Assembly: GCF_009834535.1 (NCBI RefSeq)
Contig: NC_045697.1
Coordinates: forward strand, 107,572,001-107,636,000
Origin: Camelus ferus
Lineage: Eukaryota
Direction: 5' to 3'
DNA: 64,000 bases
In this document: positions 1 to 13,517 of the stretch, piece by piece
Position numbering within the stretch: position 1 is the stretch's first letter
Layout of the letters: each line of letters opens with the position of its first letter
Made by a program: the position numbers and the translations under genes
Notes under the pieces: generated by a model
The model's database searches: none
Seen by the model: only the letters and a program-made list of their open reading frames with translations
Told to the model about the DNA's origin: nothing

Positions 1-3000
1 ATAATGTTCAGGAATTTAGTGCTGAGAATTAAGTCCAGCAGACTAGAAGTCCAATATATTTTTCGTTAGCATTGAATAGAGACTTCTTTAACTAGAAAGC
101 ATTAGTGTCATTTGATTTGTGATCCTTGCTTAAAGTTCTCCTCATACAATAGAGAACATTAAATATAAGATTAAACTCAATTTAACAGGAAAATATTTTT
201 ACATGTTCAAACATGCATAATCCAGTCAGAAGCATATTTAGAGCTAAGATTAGCAAAACTTCTTTGAGCATCAAGAATTTCTTCCAATAATAAAAGTCAA
301 CAGAAAACAGGCTCTTGGAGAAGTGGAAAGAGCACTGACTTTGGAACCATAAACATGGGTTCAGATCCATCTTCTTCCTCCTGCCTCTCTCACTCCCTTC
401 TTGCCCAGCAGGCCCCCATAAAAACAAAAAACAAAACAAAACAAAATGCAAACAAAACAATTCAGTGGAAATATACTCCCAAATTTTCTTAAAGTGAATT
501 TATACTGATTTAATTTTTTTTAATTCAGGAACTAAAGTAACTAAATTAAGTTGCTTCCCTGTCAACTTAATATCCTTATTGGCCATCTGTTACTTTCTTA
601 TCATCTTCTCCTCAAAGACATAAAGTGAGCCTCAAAGACATTTAAGTGCGTATTACAAGATTGCGCTGAGTTTTAAACAGATGTATACTTACATGAAAGC
701 CCAACTACAAAGCACTTAAGGCTCTGTAAGTATTGTGCTGACAAGTACAAATCCACAACAAAGGTGTCCAAAACACACACATACTCATGTATATATTCAG
801 TCTGTACCTAGCCTTTGTCCTCAGCATATGTTCATCATATCCATAAAAGTTAAAATATTTAAATATTTTAAACAAAAGAGAAAAAATACTTGGCTCTTCT
901 AGTTTCATACCTAAAAACTTATGTTCAAATGTTTCTCTGAAAAAAGTATTAGAAAGCTATCAAGTCATCAATAAGAAATGAGACTTTTAACTAGAAGATT
1001 ATAAATATAAGGTTCTATATAGAATAAGCATGAGAAAATTAAAAAGTAGTACTAAATCTATACTACTATATATTAAATATGTACTATTATTGCAGGTCTC
1101 TCCTTCCAAAAAAGGTCAAAGTTTAAAGATCTGAAAACCTGATCATTGATATAAAATTTCTTTCCAAGTTAGTCACTGGAAACTCACGCTTAAACTCACA
1201 AAATCTGAAATCAATTCCTTATGAGGGTTTACCAGAGAACTTGAAATCTTTGCAAACTTGTTACAAAAAATAATTTGGAAACATTTTCTGAAACAAAAGA
1301 AGAGAAATCAGGTCTGCTCTTTCATTTAGATAACTTCCATTACTCTCCAGCTCTGTCTCTGAGCACTGTCCTCTTTAATATTAGTTAAGGCCCTCTCTGT
1401 TTTAGTGAAGTCTCAGAATTTGGAGAAGCATTACTATTCCATCCTCTGTATGGGGAATAAGAGTGAAATATCTTCCTATTTTTCTTATTCCCCAATTACA
1501 GTTACTGCCGCCAATTAGTACAGTATTGTTTGGTTAAAATGTTTTCTCCTATTGGTCTTATCAGACCAGCTAAAATAGGGGAGGGGGGGAGATTATCACC
1601 AGTCTGAATGAGTAGGAGGGAAAAGAGGTGCCCTCAATCAGGGGTCTTTTTGGGGTCTTTTTCTGGAGGATGATTTGGCAATAGAGACTAGACTTTCTTT
1701 TCCCTGCAGGTAACTTCAATGAGGCCTAGGCTGACTTTTGTTTCTCAGACTTAAAGGTCAAAGAGGAGGGGCATCACACTTCCTCTTTGGTCAAAGAGCC
1801 ATGGCTGGCTCATGCACTGGTGTATATTCTCCAGCTGAGTGGAGACTGAGGGTCAGGCCTCTTCCACAAAGGAGGGATCTCTCTGTCAGTTAACTTCCAG
1901 AGGCAGGATCGAGGCCCTGCGTGGGCCCCAACCTGCATGCTGACTAGCACTTTCTCAAAGCTGTCTCTGAAACAGAGACTGTGACAGACGGTAAAACACA
2001 CTGTCTTTCCTTAAGTAATTCCACATCAGATCAATTCATGTCACAGCAATTGTACAAGTACACAAGAAGAGTGGTAAAGAATATATATATATATTAGTAT
2101 AATTTATAATAGCAAAAAATAAAGAAAACCTAAGTGTCCATCAACATGGCCATGATTTTTTTGTGGGGCATGATTTTAAAAGTTACACTACTTCTGTACT
2201 GTGTACTGCTATGCAGCTGTTCTAAAAAAAAGTCATCAGATTGGTATATACTGGCATGGGAGTAGGAAAAGTTTGAGTAGGAGAAGTTAAGTTGCATATA
2301 GAATACTTCCACTTTTTTCTGTAATATACATATGCACAGATATGTATATACGAACCCCACACAACTACATATGTATAGGCAGAAAGAGAGGGAAAGACAG
2401 GAAGAGAGACCTAGAATAATGCTCAAAAACAACCCATGAGTTGCTAGAAGTAGAAAAATGAGAAGAGAACTTTCTATTTTACTTTATACACTTTTCTGTT
2501 TAAATTTTCAATAATGGTAAAGAAAAAACAACCATACATTATACCCAGCACGCAGCAGAGGAGGGAACCAGGCCTATTAATATTTTAATAACAACTATTA
2601 ACTCTAGATTTCTTCCCATCTGCCTGCCTGGAAAGAAAGGGCGCTCTGCTCTGGTCACATGTGCCCTAGACCTGACACCGTCTCCCACAAGGGTTTTGTG
2701 AACCAAATGGAAAACTGTAGCTGAAAAAAACAGTGGTTCAATTAGATTAATCACCAGCTGAAGATCACTCAACAAAGCCTGCTGACCAATGGATGCATTC
2801 CAGCCTCAAGTGGCCCTCCAGCCAGGGTCCTGGTCCTCACTCTTAAGGACTCAGGGAAGAGTGAAAGAAAGGAGAGCCACAGACCTCTGCGTGCTCCTGA
2901 GAAGCCTAATATTTAGGACCGTTCCACCATACTCTGCTTTCAGGACTAAATGATCCTCCCTCGGCCTCAGGTGCTACTTCTGTGGACCTCCCTAGCCTTG

Positions 3001-3099
3001 GGATCACCAATAACTGCACCCTCTCCATGATCTCACTTTTAAGCACCTCACCTTCCCAGCACAAATATCTCTCATACACTCCTTCTAGCAAGAATGCCA

Positions 3100-5125
3100 A
3101 TTCCAATATTTTTCAACCCCATTAGGATTTATAATTCACTGATTTTTACCTTGCTTTACTCTCTACAATCCCTGCCCCATTCCTTCCTTTCCAGGTTAAG
3201 TCCATGATTTATCATTATAATCAGTCCCTTGCCCCCTCCCCCTTCATTATGCACACCTCAGAAATCCTCAACGTGGTTACAGGCCACTTTCTACCCTCTC
3301 TGTGCCTCCACCATGTTGTTTAACACTGCTTGTGAACACACAACTATGCCAATTTCACTTAAAATCAAGTGGATACCTTCTGTGCCCAGCAGTCACACTA
3401 TTATTTCTCTGGGCCATTCATCTCCCACACTTAATTCATTCCTTCTTCTTAAGTCCTCAACACTTCCCTTCCCATACTTAATAGATGACTTCTTACCTAG
3501 TTCACTGAGGAAATGAAAACCATCAGCAGAGAACTTCCATCACCACACCTCCCACTAACTGGCATCTGTGCCCACATACTTGCTTTCACCCTTGTAGGAA
3601 AGGCCTGTCTGTGCTCCAATCTAAGGATCCTCATCCCCAACTAGTGAGTTGGGGTCAGTCCCCTCCTGTCTGTCAAGGACACCACTTCAGCACTTCTCCC
3701 ACTTTCTCTCCCATATCACCAATTTCTCCCTCCTTTCTGGGTAATCCCATCAGCACACAAACATGATGTAACCTCCCTCATCTTAAAACAAAACAACAAA
3801 AACTAAAAACTCTGCACCACCCAGGCTCTTCCGCCAGCTGTTTCTCTACTTCCTTTAACAGCAAAGCTACTCTTAAAAATTGCCTACATTTGTTGTCTAC
3901 AATTGCTCTTCTCTTTCTCTTGACTCCATTCTGTGATGCTGAATCCTATGGTCAGTTCTTCATTGTTTGCAGCATTTGGCAGCCAATCACTTCTTCCTCC
4001 TTGAAACACTTTCTCCAACTGGCTTCCAGAATATTACAATTCTCTGCTTTGCTCACTGACATCTTCTCGGTCTCTCATTGGTTTTTGCTTATCTCATCTA
4101 AACTTTTATGTGATAAATCCTTAAAACTCGCAGAAGGTTTTATTTATGCTCACTCCCTAGGGAACCTTATCTCATCTCTTGGCTTTGAATACTATGACAT
4201 TCTGACAACACCCTGATCTAGCCCTTCAGTTTGTGGCAATCTCCTGATTCCAGAATTATATATTCAACTGCATCATGGACATCTCCAGTTGGACATTTAT
4301 CGGGTATCTTAAACTTAGAATGCCCGTGAATGAACTTCTTATCTACCTCAAAAACCTGCTCCTCCTACCATGTGCCCCATCTCAGTAAATGGATACACTT
4401 TCGGTGGCTCAGGCCAGAAATCTTAGAGTCACTTTTGACTCCTACCCACAACCAATTCATCAGCAGGTACCACTGGCTCTGCCTTCAAAATGCAACCAGA
4501 ACCTGCCACTTCTTACCACTTCTATCTCCATGGCCTTGGTCCAAAGCCACCATCACCTCCTACCCAAATTATTATAATAGTTTTCTGACTAATCTCTCCC
4601 TGACCATTCTCAACCCATAGCCAGTGGGATCCTTTAAAACTTTTAAAGTCAGATCAAAATCTTGCCATTCTACTAAGAATAGAAACCAAAGACTTCAAAA
4701 TAGCCTGCGAGGGCCCGTTCCCTGCCTGACCTCATTTCCAATGGCTGGAGCCCCTTTCCCACTCTGCTCTAGTTTCTGTGTTTCTTAAATGTCCCAAACA
4801 CACTCCTACTCAGGGACTTTGTAAGCTATCCTCTGTGCTTCAACCCTTTTCCCTCAGTTAACCACCTGACTCATTGCGTCTCTTTCCTCAGATATCTGCT
4901 CAGAAACCCCCTTAGTGATGCCTTCCCTGACCATTCTATTTAAAAGTTATGCCCGACCCCAGCATCCCTGTCCTGTTTTATTCTTCTCCAAAGAACTAGT
5001 CATGATCTGACCTAAAACTAGAATATAAACTTCCTGATGACAGGGCTTTTTCTACACTGTCACTCCTCTGTTAGAACAGTGCCTGGCATGGGCACTGAAA
5101 ATAGGATTGCTGAATAAATGAGTGA
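3100..5125 (-). mobile_element. Degenerate LINE-2
   Basis: Pyrimidine-rich L2-like sequence ending AGAACAGTGCCTGGCA...TGCTGAATAAATGA. Strand follows the usual L2 consensus convention and is uncertain. Confidence 0.6.
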
Positions 5126-7199
5126 TGTCTCCTGGACTTGGGAGGCTGCTGGAGCATGGAGGCAAAGATTACTAGACAACAAATCAGAAAATCTAAATTT
5201 AAATCTGATTACTAGACTGGGAAATAGAAGCAACCCCTAGCTTTGCTAGTGAACAGTATGATCCAACTAGTTATTTAACCTCCAAGGTCCTCAGTTTCTT
5301 CACTAATAAAATAGAAATAAAAACATGCTTCCCTCACAGAGTCACCGTGTGGATGAAAATGTTATACTGTCAAGCTTCTCTAACTGGTCACTTTGAACTG
5401 TTTAGAATCAATTTAACATTTATAGACCCTGGTTTATTCTCTTTGTAAACTAAAAAACAACTTGAATTATAACAAATTTTAAACTGTCATTCCCTGTCTA
5501 GAGTTTGTAATTGTCTACATTATTAATTATACACATTAGTATCTTAATACTAGTATCTAACTTTTGGGCCTTATGGGTATAATTATCTTTGTTTTCTATT
5601 CTGAGACCTTATCCATTCTCTTCTAAATAGGGAGAGAAGAGTCTTGATATCTTGAGATCTTTGGTACTTTTATTTGGCTCTGGAATTGTCTGTCGTACAG
5701 CCAATAACCAGACAAAGGTGAGATGGGGTCTCATAGAGGCGGCAAGACAAGCCAGTCTCCTTCATCAGGACATAAAATGTCAATAAAATGTCAAGACAGT
5801 CCAAAGGGCATCCAGAGAATGTAGACCCCACCGAAGCACAGATGGAAAGAGTGGTATTTAAGAGAGAAAAGAGGTATTTTCTGTAAATTCTACTTTTATT
5901 TCAAGTTACATAACAAGAAATACAAATACTTCTTTTAAGTTAGTTTAGTTCTTCACAGAAATGACTTAATCATGATTTAAAATGATGGTATCACCATTTA
6001 GTGAGAGATAATATAAAAAGCAAGAAATGTTGCTAAGTCCTCTATAAAACCACTTATTATGTTAAGTAATGTGCTTTTTACAGTATTGTAACAAACTCAT
6101 TGAATTAACTGCCAAGGGGAAAAAAGTTCTCTCCTGACAAAAGCATATGGTTCTTATGATCAGAAGACGTGAGCTATGTATGCAGCTCATCTTCCTTCCT
6201 TTTTTTCTTTTTTGGTGCCGTGGTCTCTTGAAAGCTTTAAGTTAAATTAATTCTTGATTTGAATAATTATAATAATCCCATTCTCGATTTCTGGGTATAT
6301 AATCTCCCCTTTATTTCTACAGGCCTAATCCTGTTCATTTTTATTGTACCCATGATGTCCGCCTGTGCCAAGCAACAGGCACGGAACATTAAAGAGTCTC
6401 CAGAACTATTTCATCACTGCCATGTTTTTTAAAATAGCAACAACGTTTGCTCAGCATTTAGGTTATGTGCCTCATCTAAGTTAAAAAGTTCTCAAAGCTA
6501 GTCTGTAGGGGTGCCAGGAATGAGGCTCCACATCCTGGGCCGGCACCTAGGGCTCCACATTCGGCTTTCAGAGCCACCCAACCCTCCTGTTTTAAGGACC
6601 ACGATACCAATTACAAGTCAACACCTCCGGAGGGAGTTCCTTCCTCCCTCTGCCTCTCTCAGGCTAGACTGTCAACTCCTCGGAGGAAGGCACCCCTCTC
6701 GCCTCATGATTCATGCTCCTTTATAGATCTTGCTCCACGTTTAGCACAATAAATGATCCAGTAAGTATGTGCTGACTTAGGAAGGCAAAGAACAAATTAT
6801 AACAGGTGGAGATTAAAGCAAAAAAGGGAAAGCAAGAAAGCAGAACATATTGGTCAGCTAACTGGCTGGCTTCCTTCCTCTTTTTTATCTTGTCAGTCCT
6901 GTAGCTGTTCTAGAGGCCAAGGACTTGGGGCAGCCCTCTGCACGGCCCTTGGGGATCCAAGCTCAGGGACCTGCCCTGACTGGTTCACCCACGGCCAGTG
7001 AAGAAGTAGACGGGATCAACTAGGATAGGCCCCTGAGATGTGGCAGATAGGGCAGAGGGAGGTTCTAGGAGCCTGCCCCCACCCGACGCCAGGGTCACAG
7101 TGCACTGAGAGAGCCCTGCTCCTTCCAGGGCCCACCCCCAACCGCCCCTCTTCCCCCACCCCCGCGCCCCGCTCCTCCTCCACCCTCAGCAGGAACCCC

Positions 7200-7448
7200 A
7201 GGCACCGTGCTCTGCCTGGGCAGCAGGGGGCGCCTCAGGCCCTAGCTCCTCCCCTTGGGTCCTGCAGCTGCACCCTTCGGTATCCGGTCTGGCCAGGGTG
7301 AGGACCAGAGGAGAGGAGTGGGTGGAGCTGAGGAACCCATCTAGAAGGAGACGCTGTCCCGCCCCTCTTCTCAGGCTGCTCTCCAGCCAGCCTTTCCCTG
7401 AAAGCCTGAGTCCAGAGAGCAGGAGGTGCTGACTCTGAGGACAGAACC
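7200..7448 (+). promoter_or_regulatory. Proximal promoter/5'UTR of the paralog, with a CTCF-like motif (7221-7234) and a GC box (7358-7365)
   Basis: CAGCAGGGGGCGCC and CCCGCCCC are both also present upstream of PRSS48. Confidence 0.55.
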
Positions 7449-8084
7449 ATGGGCCCTGCTGGCTGTGTCTTCCTGCTGCCCCTTCTGTTGGGGATCTCAG
7501 GTGAGCTCTTGGAGCTCAGGGGGCCTGGGGGGGGGGGCCGCCTTGGAATAAGAACCGTCATGGTATCCCCCACAATCTCCCTTTCCTCTCCCTAGGCACA
7601 GATGAGGAGGAACCAGAGAATCTCGTGAGTCAAGTAAGGCGCCCCACCCAGGGCCAGCATCCCTGGGTGGACCAAAGGAAGGGAACTGGCGCCAAGGAGA
7701 AGAGCTGAGAGGACACCAGTGCGGAAAGTGGGCAGGGAGGGGGCAGGGCACAGGTCTCTGGGGCAGGTCTCCCATGCCTTCCTCCTCTTTGCTGGCAGTC
7801 TGTGGGCGGCCCACGGTCTTACCTGGCATTGCCTCAGGCATGGAGGCCAACGTGGGACAGTGGCCCTGGCAGGTCAGCATCCGCAAGGGCTCGTTTCACA
7901 TCTGTGCGACCAGCCTCATCTCACAGCGGTGGGTGTTGACCACCGCAAGCTGCTTCCCGGTGAGTGCTGGCCTTGCTTGGGGGAGACCCATCATGGGCCT
8001 CAGGTGACCTGAGCCCCTAGGCTAGGTCAGAGAGTTTATCTTGCAGTGCCAGATAAGTATGCTGTGACTTAGAAGTGGGTCCAA

Positions 8085-8235
8085 GCGGAGAGGGTGTACC
8101 TCAAGCTGTAGAATGCATGCTTAGCATACACAAGGTCCTGGGTTCAATCCCTAGTACCTCCCCTAAAAACAAACAAACAAACAAACCTAACCACCTCCCT
8201 CCCAAAACAAAATGAAACAGAACAACAACAAAAAA
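8085..8235 (+). mobile_element. tRNA-derived SINE (camelid Vic-1 type)
   Basis: Pol III A/B boxes (GGTTCAATCC), A-rich tail, TSD AGAAG(T/A)GGGTCCAA at 8071-8084 and 8236-8249. Confidence 0.85.
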
Positions 8236-9255
8236 AGAAGAGGGTCCAAATGTTTCCTGCCCGATTCTCAGTTCAACTACTTTTAGACTTCAGGTAGCTT
8301 CATATTTGACAGTCATCTTGATTGAGATGAGTGCCTAAAAGAAGTCTCTATGCAAGGAGACATTCCTCAGGGAGGGCCGCTCCCTTTACAGCATGCCCAC
8401 ATCTTCGTATCACTCCAGATACACAGTCCTGAGCCCTCCTCCCTTTCCCTGGGTGGCCTCATCCATTCTCATGATTTAAAACATCATATATATGCTGATA
8501 ACGTCCACATTTACATCACTAGTCCCAAACTCTAGTTCTGACGCATTTCCATTTGGATGTTTCACTGGTATCTCAAAGATAACGTGGTCAAAAGAGAACT
8601 ACAATTTTACCACCACCAATATCCCCAAGCCTAATTCTCTTCCTCTCTTCCCATCTCACTCAATAACATAACCAGTTGCTCAAGCCAGAAATATGAAGCC
8701 TCACTTTCTCTCACCATCCATATGCACTGCACACACCAATTCTTTGGTTTTACTTCCAAAATATATATTGACTCTAGCATAACTGTCCTGGACCACTGCA
8801 ATACCTTCACACACACAACAAAGTCAGAGGTAAGATCATGTCATTCCTGCCTTCAAATCCTCCAGTTGCTGCTGAGGCACCTAGAATAAAAACCTGTAAG
8901 CCACAAGCTGACAAATATCTGCTCATTTTTCCAACATCATGCCATTCTACTCCAGGTTTATTTAACTCCTAGAAAGCTCTTTCTTATCCTCAGTGCCTTT
9001 GCATATGCTATTCCTTCTGCAATGCTTTTCCTTATAGCTCTTCTCATAGCTGACTCCTACCTTGTGGGACTCAGTTGAAAAGTTACCTCTTCAATGAAAC
9101 TTTCCCTGATCACCAATTTATAGGTTCTCCTCCAATCTTTTACTCTCTACTTTAAAATCCTGTTTGTTTTCTTCATAAAATTCATCACAATTTAAAACTT
9201 TTTACTTGTTGACTTGTGTGTTGTCTCTCCCTTCCTCCCTGTCTGTCTGTCTGTC

Positions 9256-9260
9256 ACACA

Positions 9261-9305
<45 letters not shown>
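9256..9305 (+). repeat. (CA)n microsatellite
   Basis: Direct. Confidence 0.95.
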
Positions 9306-9308
<3 letters not shown>

Positions 9309-12300
9309 GTTCTTAAGACCAGACACCCTATGAGGGCCAGATCATGTCTGAGTCTCATTTATATTGTCAGGATATGCTCAGGACTTACAGGAGGAACAAG
9401 TGCTTAGGAAGAGCTAGAAGAGAAATGCCTCCTCCAGAACCATGGGCTCCGCTGTGACACTCCATGGCAGAGCCACAAGAAACCCAAGGTACCTGTTCTG
9501 CTCCTCTTCTTCTCAGGTCCAAGGATACCAGAAAATACAATGTGTTGGTGGGGCCGCTCCAGATCTTTGGTCACCAAGCCTCCAAAACAACGATCATCCC
9601 CGTGTCCAGGATTATTCCCTACCCTGACTTCCCGGGAAACACATGGAGTGCAATCACTGTGGTGGAACTGGCCTCTCCAGTTTCTTTCAGCCCTGTTGTC
9701 TTGCCCATCTGCCTCCTGTCATCTACTGTCCAGCTGAAGAACTCATGCTGGGTGACTGGACGGGGCAATGCTGGGGTATCCCACTGTGAGGATAAGTAGA
9801 TTTTTCTGAGCTTCCTCTACTGACATTCCCACCCTCTACTCTCCATCCCACCCCAAGCACCAGACATGGTTCTCCTTGACCCTGCAGCCTCCCTTTGCCT
9901 CCTTCATACTTCTGCTATGATCTTTGCTTATTTATATCTGCTTTTACTCTTATTTTGCAATACTACTAAGACATTAAAAGTGAAAAGGACAGCTTAATGC
10001 ACTGAGAGAGAGGCGAGTTCACAGTCCTTCCTCCACACTGGGATAGAGCATGTGAGTAGGTGAACAGAAGCAGATGTGTAGACGGATCCAGGAAAGAGAC
10101 CGCTCAGCAGGTCCTGAGTCAGACTAGGAGAGCAGGGCTTCATGTATCAACAGACTTGACTCTTCTCAGTATATCAGATCCAACTTTTTATGTTCTATGG
10201 CACACAAAAATATGTTCCAAAGCCAAACAACTTAACCCTTTATGTTTCATTATTTAGATTTTCCTGAGTCAAAAGATTCTTCTGTTATTGTGGTTTCTGA
10301 ACAGGAGCAACTGCCCTCAGTCTTGTTCAGACTCAGGGAACTCAGCCTTTAGACTATTTGCCAAACTAGTAATAAGAATGCTGTCTATCATAGGAGCAGA
10401 ATATCTGAAATTAGAGCTATCCCTGAAAAACAAAGGCATGAAATCTGCATCTGTAGCTAAAAATGGCTTCCTAATTTTTAAAGACAGCTTTGACTCTTTT
10501 TGACCTTACAGCTATGAAACCATCTTATACCCTGAAGGAGCTAAAAGTGCCCCTCCTTGATCTCCAGACATACAGTAATTATTATCAGAAAGAAAGCTTG
10601 TTGCATGGAGTCAAACCCATCAGTGAAGCCATGATCTGCTCCAGGCTCCCAATGGGGCAGATGGATCGGTGTATACTAAGAATCCATCCTACAGGCACCT
10701 TTCAGAGCCCTTCCCTTCCCCAGTGTGCTTCCTCCAGGTCTCACAGCTTCAGAGAACCCAGGAGTGGTCCTAACTCCACAGTTCTTGCCTAAACTATTGG
10801 AGTCTCTCCCTTTGCCCCATGCATGGTCCAGCCATCTTTCCTCTCTCCCCCAGGGAAGGAGAGGAGATCCCCTGATGTGTAAAGTGGAGGATTTCTGCGT
10901 CCTTGCAGGTGTGGTGAGTTGGGGATCATATTGCATCAGAACCAATGAGCCTGGAGTGTATACAAACATCAGTTTCTACAAATCCTGGGTTGAGAAGTCA
11001 GCCATCTCACATTCTGACCTTTCTGCTACCCCACATCTGGACTTCTCCGGGCTCGTCCCTGTTATGCTTCTGCCTCTCATTTTCCTGGGGCTGTGCTAAC
11101 TGGCTAAGGTCAGTATGGCCAGGGTGAAGTGGCAACTAAGAATGAGGGAAATTCTAGAAGCTGAGGATTTTGAAGGGAGATTGTGAAGATTCAGCAAGAC
11201 AGATGCAGTTCTGCTACCTCTAGGCACAGCCTCCAGGAGCCGAATCTACTTGTTGCCTTTTCTCCTGCAGGTCAACGTGGAGAGTAAGGTCCCTGGTGTG
11301 AATAAAGTTTGGTTGATTCTAACTATTATTTCTCATATTCATTCTTTTGATGAAACGGGAGTCAGGACTTGGGGAAATACAGAAGCAAAGAACTTCAGGC
11401 TTGAAAGGTATCTGGAAATCACCTGACCCAATCAACCCCTCACATTCTAAAGCAGCAGCAGCTAGGGTCCAGAGAGAGTCATTAGTTTGCCCTTGACTGA
11501 ATTCAAGATGAAAACCATCCAATCTGGGACTAGACTAGGTTCTGAAGAAAACGCAGGGACTCAGAAGATTAGAAGGTTTTAGTTGAAGCACATCAGACAA
11601 GAGGAGCCTAGGGCAGTGTGTTAGTTATCTACTGCTGTATAACAAATCACCCCAAAACTTAACAGCTGAAAACAACAGACACACACTCTTGCTCAGTGTC
11701 TGTGGGTCAGTAATCAGGGAGGGCTTAGCCAGGCAGTTCCGGCCCAGGGTCTTTCAAGAAGCTGCTGCTGTGAACCACAGTCATCTTAAAGCTCAATGAG
11801 AAAAAGATCTGCTTCAAGCTCCCTCACACAGGCCTCTCTGCAGGGCTGCCTCAGGGCAGCTGGCTTCACCCAGAGTGAGTGATTCACGATACAGTGAGAG
11901 AGAACACCCCAAATGGAAACTATAGTCTTTTTATAACCAGATTAATCTCAAACAGACATCTCATTCCTTCCGCTGTATTCTGTTCTTTAGAAGTAAGTTG
12001 ACAGGCTGTGAATATCAGGAGGCAAGAATCACTGGGGACATCCTAAAGCCTGCCTTCCATAAGTGGAATATGGGAAGGGTCTGGATTGAGGAGCTGGGAG
12101 GCTAAAACTGACTGTGTTTAGCAGTCATGGATTAAGCAGAGGCATGGGGGAGTTTAAGCAGAGGTATTGGGGGAGAAAACCTTCTGAGTCTCCTATTCAT
12201 CCCACCCACTGAGAGCACTTCATGGTTGTGCTCATAGGTGTACTGGGGTTAGGGAAGGTGTTTATTAGAGAGATTTCCAATTTGCAATATCCTGTGACCA

Positions 12301-13353
12301 GAGAGGAATCTAGGAACATGTCTCATATGCATGGCTGATTTATCCCATCCTTTTTCTGAGCCTGCGGTATATAAAGAGGAGTTAAGAACATGGGATCCGA
12401 CACTGGCCAGCACTGAGTTAATTTATGGATTTCATAAGATACTGATTAAAATAATGCAAGATGCTCTGTATTGCTTGACAAATAACAGTGAAAATGATTA
12501 GAAGGAGTTTTGGCAAGAAGGCGGAATGAACAACAACAAATTGAGTATCTTTTGCTCAAATTTCATTAAATACCAATAAAATCATTGTTTGAAAATGAAA
12601 TTTTTCATTAATAACTGCAAAGATAAAATAATTACATAAAAATAAGTAAATTAAATCTGGACCATTAAAAAGCTTTCCATACATATGAAGAAAATAGTAA
12701 TAAGAACTTTGAAAAAAATTAATTCCCCAAATGCAAAAATTATACAAAGTATAAGCAGGATTCAAAGAACGATTACAATTTATTCTCAAAGGAATAAGGT
12801 TCATGTTAACAAGGTCTCCTGAGAATTTTTTTTTAGATGACAACAGTACAGAATTGCAAGCAAAAAAGAAAAGATAAACCCATTAAACATGTGAGATGCT
12901 AAGTAAGTGAAAAATGATAAAAGAATATGAACAAAGAGGATGGATCTAGATACCAAAGCCAAGAAATCCAACAAAGAGACAAAAGCAGGTTTTAGAATCA
13001 TAAAATAAAATAGTTGGAAGGTACCTTACAAGTTATTTGATATACTCTCAGCTCAAGACATAAGTTTGCTTGTTTCACAGACCTGATGGATGATCTTACA
13101 CTTCTTAATATAGCAGCCCTGGAAAACTAATCAACCAATTAACTAACTAACTTTTGGTATTGGGGGAATGGGAACTAATTCCACTACACAGCACTGTCCC
13201 ACAATTTGCCCACCAGAATCCTCTAAAACTGAAACTTAACAAGTAAAACATATACATAAAGGGTGAGATGGAATGAGATCACTTTCTGTAGAAAGGACCC
13301 CCAAAATGTCAGCAGATACATGCCTTATGTGTTTTAGAAATAAGCTAAACTCA

Positions 13354-13517
13354 GGGGGAGGCTATAGCTCAAGTGGTAGAGCACATGCTTAGCATGCATG
13401 AGGTCCTGGGTTCAAGTCCCCAGTACCTCTTCTAAAATACCTCTTCTAAAATAAATAAATAAATGAACCTAATTACCTCCCTCCCCCACCAAAAAAATTA
13501 AAATAAATAAATTTAAA
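13354..13517 (+). mobile_element. tRNA-derived SINE (camelid Vic-1 type)
   Basis: GGGGGAGGCTATAGCTCAAGTGGTAGAGCACATGCTTAGCATGCATGAGGTCCTGGGTTCAAG, A-rich tail, imperfect TSD agaaa(t/a)aagctaa. Confidence 0.88.

Larger units (their letters stand above)
7449..11099 (+). pseudogene. PRSS48-like trypsin-fold paralog, catalytically dead and apparently disrupted. Exons 7449-7500, 7596-7633, 7799-7959, 9517-9785, 10512-10675, 10854-11099
   Basis: Signal peptide MGPAGCVFLLPLLLGIS and S1A motifs VCGRP, WPWQVSI, WVLTTASC, LPICL, CWVTG, LKELKVPLL, MIC, GVVSWG, PGVYT. Exon layout matches PRSS48 downstream. The 38-nt exon 2 and 161-nt exon 3 break phase. The exon-5 donor reads CTAAGA (10676). AATAAA at 11301-11306. 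Confidence 0.85.

Noticed and set aside
182..6726. Short ORFs of 60-110 aa in the ORF track
   Set aside because: They have no recognisable domains or splice-consistent structure. Many overlap L2/L1/MIR remnants or start at non-ATG codons.
7596..7959. Compensating -1/+1 frameshifts that might restore the paralog ORF
   Set aside because: The shifted frame has TGA at 7937-7939.
13354..13430. tRNA-Ala-like sequence (also at 8085 and 35600-35670)
   Set aside because: Each copy is followed by a SINE body and A-rich tail and is flanked by a TSD, so these are SINEs and not tRNA genes.
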